Positions 35,235 to 48,737 of a stretch of 64,000 nt of DNA are shown piece by piece (position 1 is the stretch's first letter; each line of letters begins with the position of its first letter). The notes below the pieces were generated by a model. It made no database searches, was not told the DNA's origin, and saw only the letters and a list, made by a program, of their open reading frames with translations. Source of the DNA: Vitrella brassicaformis CCMP3155 (Eukaryota > Protista > Chromerida); assembly GCA_001179505.1 (NCBI GenBank), contig CDMY01000388.1, positions 1 to 64,000 on the forward strand, in the 5' to 3' direction. The translations under genes were made by a program, and so were the position numbers.

Positions 35235-37493
35235 TCAGCCCAGCCCCAGGGCCTCCCCCACCACAGCTTCCAGCGCCCCCGCCTCACACATGTTCCGCCC
35301 CAAGTGGAACGTCTTGGAGCGCTGCGGCCCCCTTAACCGCCCCAAAAGCTTCCGGTGTGTGCCGGTTGCAGGCGGGGGCGACCGGGGCTGCTGTCTCTGA
35401 GCTCCAGGCGGCGATTTGTGTCGGTGGAGGTCGCAATGGCCGCCCTGAATGGCGAAGATGTTGCCCGCTGACGTCTTGGTGGGCAATTCTGCCTCTTCAT
35501 TCTCGTTGTTGTCTTGGTTGGTGTCGTCAGGCGCGGGCGGTGGTGGTGATGGTGGCGGCAGGGGTCTCTTGGCCCGGATGACGGTGTTGATGCGCGCCCA
35601 GTTGGCTATGAAGTTAGTGGGGTTGTCCTGGTTTGGGTCGTTTGGATCTCTGTAAAGGTAATCGTCGAACTGGCAGTCATACATGAGCCGATCCATCTCA
35701 AAATACTCGGCCGCTATCACCATGCGACCATTCACCTGAACACACGTGGGGATATGTCTGTGTGTGTTTGTGGCGGTGGGGAGGGGCCGGGCTCTTACTT
35801 CGTCAAACCCGCTGACGAAAACGCCAATACTATCCAGCTTCTCCTTGACCTTATCCATCGACATTCCCGCAAACGGCTGATCTGCAGCCATCCATCCATC
35901 CATCCAACACACGCATACAGGGCAGGGCAACAGACTCCTCCCCCACTCTCTGGATGTGATGTGTTGCTTTGCCCTCCCGCCTTGACTCACTCATTCACCC
36001 ACCCCCTCAGCCACTCACCCTTTCCATTGAGGTGCACCCTGACGTTCATCGGCGACCAGATGACCGTGGGCGTGAACTCGAGGCGCGCTTCTCTGATCTG
36101 GTAGTCAAACTCGCCTGTCGGCGTCTCCTCCTCAAACCCCATCGTCACTGAACACCACACACACTCGTTATGTCGTGTGTCTGCAGGGGGGGGTGTGTGT
36201 GTCTGTAGGGGCGTGTGTGTGCGCGCTTACCACTGAAGAGCACGTTGCCCAGTATCTGCTTGCCCGAGGGGGCCATCCGGAACTTGGCCCAGATCTGACC
36301 ACGGTACTTGTGGTGCTCGTAGATGCACACCTTGTCGCTGAAGCAGATGTGCCTTTAAGCGAGACAGAGACAACGTTAGATTGAATCAACGGGCGGGTGT
36401 GTGCGTGCATCTAACGGTCTGGGCCTCTGGAATTTCATCAGCACGAGTCCCGTCCCCACCACTATCAGCAGCTTGCTGCACAGCGACTGCACCGACAGAA
36501 TGATCGTCCCTGTGGGGTCCTGCGGACCATACTACAACACTCGACCAGAGAGAACACAGCATAACACACACACACACACACACACATCCATCCATCCGTC
36601 TGTGTAACGCCCATTGCTCACCGGTCCGTCGACGCCCATGAAGTTGGCCAGCGAGATGGCGAAGGCCCAGATGAAGTCTTCGTCAGGCAGGTCGTCGAAG
36701 CCGAAGAAGCTGTCGGGGAAGGCCATGATGACCAGCCCAAAGACAATCGAGAAGGCAACGCTGATGGCGACGACCAACCCGAGAAGGAAGAACCAACTCG
36801 ACTGCACATGATGTGGAGGATGACAGAATGAATGGCTTTGATTGATGCGTGTGGCTGTGGCTGTGTCTGTGTCTGTGTGTGTCTGGCGTCCCGTCCCACC
36901 TCTGCCAGCCATCTTGTGGGCGCAGCGTCGCGCGGCTTGTTGATCGTCTTGACCATGAAGCCAGGGTCTGACGTGAACTGGTTGATCCTGCTCACGACAC
37001 ACAGCACACGATCCATGACACTGACAGGGCAGTTGCATTCTCCCTCCCTCCCTCCCTCCCTCTAAATTGCTCACTTTGGTGCCTTGCGCACGAACGGGTT
37101 GCTGTAGATGACATCGAACGTCTTGAGCCTGTCCATCTGGCTCTCGCTCCTCGTCGCAGACGTGCCCCTGCTGATGCTGTTGCTGAACCGCGTCCAGCTC
37201 TTCTGCAGCGGCCGCATCAGCGCCTTCCAGTTGATACGGGTGCTCAGCCGCCGGAAGCCATCGGGCACTGCTGCAGCTTCTCCTGTGGTTGACTGAGAGT
37301 TTTTCGGCTCCATCACGACAGCACGCATCGAGCACGGAGTGGCACTGCGTCGCATGATCTCTCTGGCCTCATTCTGTTCTGTTGCTGCTGCTTGTGAAGC
37401 GTGTGGAGCTTGAAAAGCGGCAGGTGGGTCAATGCCGTCGTCGAGCTCCGGTGGCGGCGAACGGCTGTCTGTCGTAGGGCTGGGCATTGCCAT
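35235..37493 (-). CDS. Inward-rectifier (Kir/KirBac-like) two-TM channel with cytoplasmic IRK C-terminal domain
   Basis: TM1 SSWFFLLGLVVAISVAFSIVFGLVIMAF, pore helix FIWAFAISLANF, TM2 IILSVQSLCSKLLIVVGTGLVLMKFQRPR, then VFSDKVCI, IGVFVSGFDE and YFEMDRLMYDCQFDDYL. Confidence 0.75.
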
Positions 37494-37991
37494 TTGCTGT
37501 TTTGTTGTTTTGCTGCAGATCTGCTGGTTTAAGCTCGCGTGTGACGTGGCTCAAGTGTTGAAGCCACAGACGTTTTGTCTTTGCTCCCAGAATGGCTGGC
37601 AGCAGCGCTTCAGATGAGGACCAGGCACCACCGGGCACACTGCAGTTGCTTTGCAGTGTGCCTGGGGCTGCCTGGTGCTTATCTGAAGCGCTGCTGCCAG
37701 CCATTGGCTCTTCACTCATCGAACAAAAGCAGACACGACTCTCTGTCTGACAAGTGTCGTTGTGCGAGGAGGTGCAACCGACTCGCTGTCCGTCTGCCAC
37801 GAGATCCACCCCGCCAGTAGATGTGACGGAGTGGATTGCGTGTCAGAAGCAGAAGGAATCACTCCCACCTTCTCACTCACGCGACAGACACCCACAGCAC
37901 AGCACCTGTCAACTCAACAGGAGCTAAAGGTACACTTCAGCGATTACACAAAGCAGAAAGAAGGCACCTTCCCCACGACCCACAGTCTGGT

Positions 37992-39504
37992 TCACGCGCC
38001 TTCGACGCCCCGCCATCCGCCACGCACAAACCTGAGTCTCTCCTTCCCGGGCGGAAGGGCGTTTGAGGGCACTGGCTCGGCGGCTGGCGGTGGCTGTGGG
38101 CTGCCCGTCTCCTGGCTGAGTCTCTCGAGGTAGGTGCGGCGGCGGTCGACGGCCAGCTCCCGCGCCTTGTCGAAGCCATGCACTTCAGCTGACAAACATG
38201 ATAGACAGGCAGTCAGAGGCAGGGAATGGGCAATGTGGGAGAGAGAGAGTGGGGCACCTGGTGAGTTCTGTCCTTACCGCAGAATGCGCGTGTGCATGGC
38301 CTTCCGTTCTCGCGGTACCAGGTGACCCACGATGAGAGTTTCTCGTCCCACGTGACCCCGTCAATGCCGCTGTCGTAGTGGGGCTTCGACCCCAGACGGC
38401 CGTCTTGCTGCACAGACACACACATACACAGAGAGAGAGAGGGGGGGAGAGTGGCGCCTGGCCGGGTGTGTGTAGGTGTGGTGACCTTGAGTTGAGTGTA
38501 AAACATGAATGCCTCTCGCTTGGCGGCCTCGACGCCGTATTTCTTGACGGGGAACGGCTTGGCCTGGAGCTTCTCGTGCTCGTACCAGTACACTTCCCAC
38601 GCCTCGTTCAGATCCTCCCATCTGCACACGTCAGACACACAGACAAGACACACGGCCACACAGACACACGGCACTATGGTGCGAGTGTGTGAATGTGTGT
38701 GGCGCCATGCGTGCAGACAGACGTACGTGACGTTAGGGTTGCTGCTGTCGTAGTAGTCGTTGCGGAGGGTGATCTCCTTGGGATGCGGGTGGTGCACCGG
38801 ATGCTTCCTGCACTCAACACAACACAACACCACACCACACCACACACGTCAGCCATTCCATTCCCCCCTCTCCTCTTTCCCTCCGTCCCTCAGTTCCCCC
38901 TCTCACACCTGTTGTATCGCCTGAATCTGTTGCCAATCCCCCAGTTGAAGACCCTCTGGTGGTGCGTGTCCATGTCCCCCCGAAACACCTCCCGCAGCGG
39001 CGGTGGGTCCCCCTCCCGCCGCTCCCGCTGGTCATAGTTGGGCCGCACGTCGGGCGGCGGCGGGTGGCGCAGGTACAGCCAGTGCTTCCCGCGGGGCATC
39101 TCGAACCCCTCGCGCATGTAGAACTCCCTGTCCCGCTCGGGCAGCCCATCTGTTCTGGTGAGGGCCTTCTGGTGCTCAGGGTCTTCCTCTTTCGCTGTGG
39201 GTGTGGGCGGGGAGTCGTTGAGGTATTTCTTGACGGCCTCTGCTGCCTCGTCTGTCCGGTCTCCGTCGTCGTAACCCCTCCTAACGATGCCGCGCGACAG
39301 CTTGTTGATGGCCTTCCTGGCTCTTGTGTGGACGCTGCGGCGCGGCACACACGGCCATGGCAAGGCTGCATTCGTGCTGCCGCTGGTGGGAGGGGAAGAG
39401 TGATGCGGCGCGGGTGCTGCACCACAGAGGACGGGGCAGAGGCGGGGTGTGAGGCAAGATGACAGCCGTGACGTAATGTGGCAGATCCGGCCCATTTTCT
39501 CCAT
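37992..39504 (-). CDS. ApiAP2-type protein with two AP2 domains and a mitochondrial-presequence-like N-terminus
   Basis: AP2 repeats YDSSNPNVT|WEDLNEAWEVYWYE..KPFPVKKYGVEAAKREAF and YDSGIDGVTWDEKLSSWVTWYRENG..RAFC|AEVHGFDKARELAV. The N-terminus is Arg/Ser-rich and acid-poor, containing RRSVHT. Confidence 0.8.
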
Positions 39505-39626
39505 TTGCCGTGAAGATTCAAGAGAAAAAGGGCCACTTGTCGGGCAGGGTATGAAACCCTGCACATTTGACTCCACGAGCTCGCCATTTCAGGATCTGCC
39601 CGTGTCTTTGTGCGTCTTTCTGCGTC

Positions 39627-40615
39627 ATGATGCCGTCCACGCTGACCTCCGTCACCGCCCTCTCCTTGCTGCTGTGCGTTGCATCTTCATCTCCATCGCT
39701 TCCTCTGCGTCGCACCAGTGTGGCTGCCTTTGCACCGCCACATGCACCAACACCAACAGCAGCATCAGGCTCAGCCCAAGGAGCCCTCTTCGGCAACTCA
39801 TCATCACGCAGCCTGAGCAGGGACAGTGGTGTGGCTCGACGGGCAGCCGCGACGCTCACCACTGAGGCCGACAGGGATGTCGAGACGCTGGAGGAGAAGA
39901 AGCAGATGGCGGGGCTGGAGAGGTGGGACCCACAGGTACGTGTGTGTGGCCACCTGCAAGTGGTGTGTGCAGCACCCACTGGCTGAGCGTCGGGTGTCTG
40001 TCTGCCTGCCTGTCTGTCTGTCTGTGTGCAGGTGTGGGTGGCGCCAGCGGTGCACAACAGGAACAGCGTGCGGCTGCTGGCCTTGCTGTCCACCCTCCTG
40101 CTGGCCTCGGGCTCCACCGTCTTCGTCTCCAAGCAGCTGACGCTCTTCGTCCACTTGCTGGCCTATGCCACCTGGCTTGGCAGCGTCATCTACACCACTT
40201 TCGTTGCGGTATGCACACACACACAAAGAGAGAGAGAGGGAGAGAGAGGGAGGGAGAGAGGGAGGGAGGGAAGGGGGAAAGGAGGGAATTGGCCAGTGTA
40301 CGCCCCTGTCTCCCTCTTGTGGTGTGATGGTTTTGGTGTTTGCCAGGGAATCACCATGTTTCGCAACCTGCCGCGCAAGACGTTCGGGCGGCTGCAGTCG
40401 AAGCTCTTCCCGCTCTACTTCCAGCTCTGCACCGGGATGCTGATCGTGCTGCTGACCACAGGCGGGGCGAGCGTCCTGCCCAATCGGGCCATGATGGCCA
40501 ACCTCGCTGTGGCTCTCGTCATGACGCTCGCCAATCTTTTCGTCCTCGAGCCGAAATCCACTGAGATAATGTTCAAGCGGTAGACGCAGGCAGACAGGCT
40601 TGATGGTGTGTTGTC

Positions 40616-40646
<31 letters not shown>

Positions 40647-40813
40647 TGTGTAGGTATGAGATGGAGGACCAAGGCAGGAAGGACGACCCGGAGTATAAGG
40701 CGCTCGCCAAGGGTTTCGGCAAGTTCCACGGGCTCTCTTCGCTGACCAACCTGATCGCCTTGTGCGGCGGGGTGGCCCACGGGTGGACTCTCGCCTCTCT
40801 CATCGGAGCATAG
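39627..40813 (+). CDS. TMEM205: TMEM205/DUF4149-like membrane protein with a bipartite (signal plus transit) leader, 4 exons
   Basis: HLLAYATWLGSVIYTTFVA|GITMFRNLPRKTFGRLQSKLFPLYF, LANLFVLEPKST and FGKFHGLSSLTNL. The leader is MMPSTLTSVTALSLLLCVASS..VAAFAPP. Confidence 0.85.
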
Positions 40814-41420
40814 CACAGCACCGAAGGAGCGAGAGAGTGGTGGCCGAGCCAGAGGGTTTTCTCGGTCTGTGTAGCTGTAGCGTTGTGTATCACTGTCTTG
40901 GGAGTATCTCTCTATAGGGCCTGGCCTGCTGCCGATGGGCGGCATACGCCCTGTTTCTTGTGTGTGCGAGGGAGATCGGGTGCTGGCTGAGTGGAAAGGA
41001 AGGAGTGGGCTAAGCCTGCTGATAGATGAACAGACAGACAGACAGAGAGACGGACGGACGGACGGACGGGAGGAGGGAGTGCTGCTTGAGAGAGTCAGTC
41101 AGTGGACGGCCGCCGCACAGCCCCATTCCACGGTGGTGGCGCACGGGCGCAATGGATGCAACCACCGTCCAATTGCAGTCGTGTGTCACATGCACGGAAT
41201 GCCGCTGTGGGATGGCTGTCCGAGACACAGAAGAGAGGGCAGATTGGTGTTGCTGTGTGCAGAGTACGAAGCAAATCTCTGAGCCGTTGACGATATTGGA
41301 CAAATCATCCATGCATGCTGTCCATCCCGCAATGAATGACGCGCAGCAGCATTGGATCGTAACGGACTGCAACGGATCGCGAGGCGCGAGCTGAGACAGG
41401 AAAGAAGCACGGAACCTGCA

Positions 41421-44267
41421 ATGTCGGCCGCTGACGTGTCGGCGGCTGTGGCGGCATGGCCAGGCCCCCTGGAAGAAAACCCCTTCGAGGCCGCAAATCT
41501 CCGCCGATGGGCCCGCTCGGCACGCCAGGAGCTGCTCAAAAACCGTTCCAGCACCCCACTGCAAAGGGCACTGGCCACCAAGAGAAGACACCATGCCTCC
41601 CGCGTGAGCATGATGCACAGGAAATTCAATGAAACCACAAAGCGAAGTCAACGGCATGTGATTTCTATCAGATGACCACACCGTCCGATGCTGTCGTTCC
41701 TGACGACAAGCAGCAGCCCCTGGGGCAACCGTCCCGCCCCTCTCCCACCCCGGCAAGCCCCAGGACGCCCCGCAATGCGATTCATCAGCCAGCCGGACAG
41801 AAGCTCACCATCCAGTATCTCGGCGAGTTCCGTGGTGCGATGGGGGTACTCGCGCAGACGCTTGCCCTCACCCATCGCAACACACACGCCCCTCCCACGC
41901 CGTTGCCTCAGCACCAGCGCCCCACGACCGCCCCTCAGCCTTCTCATCAGCTCGGTCTGCCGCTGTCGCCGAGGAGTGTGCGGTTCCACGCGTCTACGGA
42001 GTCGTCGAGGGATGCATCGCCTATGGACTCGGTGTTGGGGTCACCCAAAGGCATGGGAGAGCCGAGAGAGAAGGAGGGTGGGGAGGGGGAGGGGGAGGGG
42101 CTGATGTCGGCGAAGGAGGTGCACAGCTTGTGTGTCCACGTTGTGAACCAATCGATGGGCAGGTACGGTACCTGAGGACGCGGAGCTTCTCTCTGTGTTC
42201 GTTCCATCATGAATGTTGGTCTTTCCCTGTTCTGCATCTGATCTGCCCCCCCCNNNNNNNNNNNNNNNNNNNNNNNNNNNNNNNNNNNNNNNNNNNNNNN
42301 NNNNNNNNNNNNNNNNNNNNNNNNNNNNNNNNNNNNNNNNNNNNNNNNNNNNNNNNNNNNNNNNNNNNNNNNNNNNNNNNNNNNNNNNNNNNNNNNNNNN
42401 NNNNNNNNNNNNNNNNNNNNNNNNNNNNNNNNNNNNNNNNNNNNNNNNNNNNNNNNNNNNNNNNNNNNNNNNNNNNNNNNNNNNNNNNNNNNNNNNNNNN
42501 NNNNNNNNNNNNNNNNNNNNNNNNNNNNNNNNNNNNNNNNNNNNNNNNNNNNNCCCCCCCCCCCCCCCCCCAGGTGGGTGAGCGGCAGCAACCCACGAGG
42601 CACCCTGCTGCACCCTCTAAAGCGGCGCGTACCGAGACTCAACCTCTACCTCACACACCAACCGTACGCACACACACACACACACACACAGATACGCGCA
42701 GTCACGCTGTGTGCATCGAGATGTCGATGTCTGGATGGATGTGCATCGGTCATGGTATGTTTGGTTGCAGTCCCTGGGTGGCGGCCCCGCTGCCCCCGGA
42801 GGAAGCCAACCGTGACGTGAGTGCCGTGCTGGGCAAGGAGACACGGAGACAGGACAGAGAACCGAGGAGACGCATCACACGGCCGGAAACTGCTGGTGCG
42901 GTGAAAGACAATCGACAGAGGTAGCCGCTGGAGACCATCCTTTGTGTGCGCAGGAGGGCATCTGTTCAAGAGCCGCACATCCAGAAGGGCGAGGCCGACC
43001 ACTACGCGGCCGTGCTCTCCATCAGCGCAGACGGCCAAAAACCCCCCAATCAACATCCCCTCCCTCCCCGAGCAGCCCTTCCCTCCCCCAACAGCCCCCA
43101 CACCCACACCCACACCGCCTCTGACGATGCACATCCACACGCAAACAAGGCCCACCACCACCAGCACCAGCAGGGAGAGAGAGAGATGGCACGACAGAGG
43201 CTGGATCAAGACAACCAGCACGGAGACGGGCAGGGAGGGCTTAAAGGAGCTGTCCATCCCCCTTCCCCCTCCCCCAGAAACGGCGAGAGACCTCACAAGA
43301 AGGCTGGGCCGGCCGAAGGAACACCCGGACGCATGGACGCCCTCCAAAGTGCGGAAGAGGGAGGACTCTGCCGAGAGACACCCACCTACGCCCTCGCCCA
43401 CCCCACACGAGCTCACGGCCGAGCGGATACGGACCCCCTCTTTCTCAGACAGGATCGTCGGCCTTTTCCAGAGACCGCAGACGGCCCCTGAAGTGTGTGT
43501 GGAGATCGAGCGGCCTGAGACACTCAGACCCGAGCAAAGGAGGTGGCTTTGCGGGGAGGAGGGAGCAATGGGTGTGAGGAAACACCCCCCAAACCACCCT
43601 AACAACAACTCGCCCGTCACGGCCTCGCCCGTGAGTGTGGTCAGCATCCCCAAGGCCACGTCGGACAGCGACCATGACGCCGCCAACATGACTCCTGTAC
43701 CTGCTTCTGCGCGGCCTTATGCCCATCCTCACCTCGGCACAAGGCCGGAGATAACGCTGACGTCACAATGGACGGCCAGGAGCGAAAAACGAGCAGAACG
43801 AGAAGGCCAGGCGATCGCAGCGAAGAGGACAGAGACCGAAACGACCGATCGGCCGCGGGGAGACGAATACGCCGACAAGGGGGCGATTGGCATTGGGGAG
43901 AAGTGGGCATCATCAGGCAATGGTTGCGAGTTTTACCTGGAGTTTGTGCAGCAGAAGAGGAAGATGGGCCTCGCTGAGAGGGAGGACCTGCAGCTGAAAT
44001 CCATTGCGGCCACGCTGCTGCCGACACACCCCGCTGAGGAAGTGGACGAGGCCATCGCTGAGGCGGCAGCGATTGGCGAGCCGGTCGAGGGACTGTATAT
44101 TCCGTAAGCCCCGTGTGTTTGTGTGTGTATGTGATGAGATGACATTTACGTTGGTGTGTTTGGTGTTATGTTTGTGCAGGCCTCCATCTTATTTGCGGTC
44201 GGCAGGGGAGGGGATAGCTCTGCGGCATGACCGGAGGACGCCGAATGCGTGGGCTCTCATGGCATGA
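41421..44267 (+). CDS. Hypothetical Pro/Thr-rich low-complexity protein (interrupted by N gap)
   Basis: Long open frames at 41421-41606, 41672-42170 and 42944-44104 bounded by GT/AG signals. No recognisable domain. Confidence 0.4.
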
Positions 44268-44558
44268 TGGATGACACGATCACATTGCTGCACCCAGTGT
44301 TGGCTAAAGTTAATTAGGAGCGTTGATCGATCCATGTCTCTGTCCGTGTCGTCTGTCTCTCCGTGTCTCTGTGTAAGGGCAGGTCTTAGACATGTGACAG
44401 ACAAAGAGTGCCATTCATTCACAAGATGTCAACCAGATGTCTCAGTCGGACGTCAAGAAAGCTCAGTCTCCATCACACACACACCACCTCGCCCGTGACA
44501 GTCACATTTAGATAGGTAGCCATACCCTCACGACGACGGCCTCCTTGTCTCTCTCCCC

Positions 44559-46157
44559 TCATCTGAGTGACCACCTGGGCGGTCTTGCTTTTGCTCTGGT
44601 GTAGCTGGTGTGGGCGCTTGTGTTGATGTCAGCCTCCTGCTGTGACAGCAGCTCAACCTCTGACTCAAGCTGATCACACACACAGACATAGCGAGACCCG
44701 TGCAGATGAGATGTTTTGTGTGAGGCAGGAGTGCGATCCGATCGCACCTTACCTTGGCAATCAGCGAGTTCTGCTGCACTATCTGCTTTTCCAATCTGCC
44801 GGCGCACACAGACACACATGCGTGGGACAACCACCCTCCCAGCCATGTATGTCACCTCTTGCACTCCTTCAACAGCCCAATCATCGCCGCGTTCTCCGCC
44901 GTCGGCGCCAACCCGTCGATCCCATCAAATGCAGACATTATCGGCGAAGAAAAGGCCGTCGGGGGACGCCTGTAACCACCCCCACCCTGAGGCTCTGCTG
45001 CGGCCCTGGATGTGGTTGTGGATCTGCCTCTTGTCCGTTCGTATGGCTGGCCGGCCCTGCCGACGTCGTGCCCGCACCGCTGGCAGATGAAGGGGGGAGA
45101 GAGGGGGCGGCGAGAGGGGGGGAGAGGTGGGGAGGGAGGGAGAGGGGATGGCACAGCACTGCAAATGGCCACCGGCACAGAGATGGTGAGAGGGAGCATT
45201 GCGTTCCATGCGGCGCCGTGTCTCTTTGTCTCCTACTCCGTATCCGTGTATCTCGCGGGAGGCTTCTGCGTCTCATGGCCGACGCGCATCAACCGGATTC
45301 CCACGCCACTTGGCACATCGTGTCTCGCGGCCGTGGGCTGCTGCTGCTGCTGGACTGGTGCTTTCCTTTCTCCCATGAACAGCTGACTGGGCCAGGCCCT
45401 GGTCTCTTCACGAAAGTGACGAACAGGATGGTGTCCCGAAGCCGCCAAGTCGGGCAATATCGTGCTGCATGCCAGGGAAAGAAGCTCATGGACAGTGAGT
45501 TCTCTCTGTGTGCGCCTCGCCTCGCCCCGCCTACCTGCACGCCTCAGCGTCAGATGCACCGACTACCACCATCCCTTCATCCACCGTCCCCCTGGCTCTC
45601 GGTCTGGGCTGTCCCGGATCTTCCAATCGCTCTGGCGGCTCAGACACGACCCGGCAGTGGTAGGAATCATCTCTTGGCGCCCTCCAGATGCTCGTGTCGT
45701 GGTAAGACAATCGCTGTTGTCTCCCTCTCTGATGCTGCTCGTTAACAGGGGGCGGAGAGGGAGGGGGAGGCGGCCGCCAGTAGGCCGGGGGCTGCCGGGT
45801 GTGTGTCGACGGGACTGGGGAATCCTGAAAGGGCTGACTCTGACCGACAAGGCAACTCCGCTCTCTCTTGTCTATCTGCAGACATGGGCACACCACACGC
45901 AAAGCAAAGGAGAAAATCGCCATTGCAATGCAACGACGCAACAGCGGCTTGCTTACCACCTGATCTCCCCCAGCAGGGACTTGAGCAGGCGCCTCCCTCC
46001 CCGCCCTGGCCAGCCCCACGACTGTTCTCCCCCTCTCTGCGAGCATCTCATCGAGAGACGCACGCAGAGACACCGACGAATGCTGTCGCTCCTGACTGGC
46101 GGCAATCAGCCGGTCAATCGACTCCCCTGCCACATCCAACAGGCTCAGAGCCTGCAT
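44559..46157 (-). CDS. Hypothetical protein with C-terminal coiled coil
   Basis: Exon-like frames MQALSLLDVAGESIDRL.., ..AAMIGLLKECKR|LEKQIVQQNSLIAK|LESEVELLSQQE. The middle exons are uncertain. Confidence 0.4.
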
Positions 46158-46231
46158 GATTACTGGCAGCCTCAAAGACAGGGGGGGCAGTGGGGGCCTG
46201 ATTGTCTCGCTCGCAAGATCCAAAGGCGCAA

Positions 46232-48697
46232 ATGGCGGCGAGTGACAGCGCTGACGAGGCTGTGGGAGGCCTTCTCGTTCCACAAGATGAGGCCAACTCC
46301 TTGACCCTCCTGTCCGCCCTGCTTCGTGTGTGGGAGGATCAGAAGGAGACCCTCGGTTGGGAGGAGGGGGGCAGCAATGTGGAGGGGATCATGATTACCA
46401 GCGTGCGGCAGGAGCTGTCGCAGTATGCGGCCATCCAGCAGCTCAAGCGGAAGAAATTCGCCAGGCTGCTGCAGGTAGAACGACCCACCTCGAGGGAACT
46501 TACCTACACAGATCTCTCTGTCTTCCCTCCCCCTGTGCCTTTCTCCGCCTTGTGTGCAGGAGGCCTTCCTGCTTCCGGACGGCCATCCATCCAAGGCGGC
46601 CCTCGAGCACACACCCGTTGATTTCCTGCGCTACTGGAGCGGGATGGAGATGCTCATTCTCTCCGCACGAAGGGTGGCCGTCGCCTCGGGGTGGCAGCCG
46701 GCAGGGGACCCTGAGGGCAGCAACAAGGGGAATGAGGACGGCATCGACCTGCTTAGAGGCATACGGGCGTTTCGAGATGGTACGTAGAGGGGATTCTGCT
46801 CAAGTCTAAGTCATACTTAGTCTACTCTCTCTATTTGGGTGTGTGTGTGTGTTTGGGGTGAGGGGACTCAGCCATCCTTCGTGTGGCTTTCAAGTCGTCG
46901 CCTCCCCGGGAGGCGCTGCTTGCTTCGGAAGTGCTGTGCGCACTGCAAGAGGCCAAGTGAGGCTGCTGGCCCCTCCACACTCGGATGTCTCTGATGGTGG
47001 GGGATATGCAGGTCGGTCTCCCGCCTTCACAATGAGTACTGGGACGAGATCGCCAGCGGCGTGTCAGAGCCCAGCGGCTCTGCTGAAGGAACGTACGGGG
47101 TCTCACGCTCACTCCACTACCTGGGTTACCTTCCTGTCTGCATGCCTGTGTGTCTGCAGTGTGTGGCATTTGTGGGAGCTGGCCAGCTGTGTGCTTGATT
47201 GGGTGCGGGAGTTCCTCGATAGCGTGACCACAGACGAGGAGGAGGGGGAAGAGGAGACGCCATCGCCGCGGCGAAAGAAGGGCGCTGGGGCGGTCAGCGA
47301 CGCGCCGGCAACGGACACGGAGAACTCACACAGAGGTGCCCTGCGAAGTCAGCCCACAGCACACACAAGATGCATCAATATGCCAGATGCTCATTCTTGA
47401 GTGTCTCCCTCCATCTGCCTCCAGCATGTGACACGGACGTTGAGTCCTCCGCCATCTCAGTGGCAGACATCCCACCACGAGACACCACCAGCGCCCCCGC
47501 CCCTGCCCCCGCCGCAGGGCCCTCCTCCCTCTCCCGGTTCATGGCCACGCTTGCAGAGAGATCACACAAACCAACAACACAAGAGACGACACAACGGCAG
47601 CAGAGACACCACACCGCCGCCGCACCCAAGCCATCCCGCAACGCGTCCCACGCCACAACGGAGGAGAGCCCTGCACCGATGAAGGGCTGGAAGGTGCGGG
47701 CGGGTGTGCACCACGTGGCCTTTCTGTTCGGCGGGAGGGTGCATTGGGCCTTCACGCGGCTGCTCACACACGGCAGAAGAAGGGCCAAGACATACGGAGA
47801 TGGAGGGGGTCGTGGTGAAAGGGGCGGGATGGCAGCTGGAAGGATGGCGTCTGTCGGACAGATGAGAAGCGATGGAGAGGCCAGCGCGTCCGATAGCTAC
47901 GGTTGGGTTGTTTGACCACTCTGTATGATGCTCGTATCTCTCTTCTCGTCTTCAGATGAGTGTGCGGCTGGCCCATCACAGTCACAAGGACACGCGAGAC
48001 ACACTGCTGCTGCTGCTGCTGCTGCTGTCGCTGCCGTGTTGGAGCAGGCAGGTGTCAGCGGCGAGCAGCTGCAGGAGCTGTGGAGACGACGGACTCTCCT
48101 GCCACTCACGTGAGAACCACTAGCCTTCTCCTTCTCACGATAGACATCCCTCTGTCGATGGGTGCAGGTTAGCCGAGAGTGTCACTCTCTGCCTCAGGAG
48201 ATATTTCGGCACCTGGCGGACGCATTCATGGTCAGCAAACGTCTCACGATCCCATTTGCCGGCCCTTGCATCCACCGCTTCTCCCTTTTGTCCAGGCGCC
48301 AATTGATGACGGTAGCGTCGTCGCAGTCCGCACCCTCCCGCCTCACTGCCGCCAAGGCTCCTGGTGGGCCAGGCTCACCCAACCGATTTGCGTGGGCCCC
48401 GCCTGCTGTGGTCAGCCACACATCCAGACACATCGGGGGGAGACACACACACACAGAGGGAAGGTTTGTGTCTCGGTGTGTGTGCAGGCGACGGACTCGC
48501 CGCATCCCTCGTCATTGTCAGAGTCGTCGCGTCATTCGTCTGACGAGAGGCACCAGGCCGCTCAGCCGCAGCAGCAGCACCGTACTGTGGGGGCAGAAGC
48601 AGGGCGTGACAGGATGACCAGACGGTCGCTCGAGGAAGAGCTGCAAATACTGGTACGGGGGTTACATTGCACTTGCCAGGGTGTGGTGTGTGGGTGA
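46232..48697 (+). CDS. Hypothetical multi-exon helical protein
   Basis: MAASDSADEAVGGLL..RLLQ|EAFLLPDG..RDG|AILRVAFKSS..|..LHNEYWDEIASG|VWHLWELASCVLDWVREFLD.., with GT/AG boundaries. The 3' end is uncertain. Confidence 0.45.
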
Positions 48698-48737
48698 TGT
48701 GATGTCTCTGTGTTGTATGTTGTGTGTGGCAGACTGC

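Noticed and set aside
42646-45745. Long opposite-strand ORFs (42646-43689, 44642-45745, 55497-56822, 61786-62784, 62786-63721)
   Set aside because: They are GC-rich shadow frames over better-supported spliced genes and run through introns.
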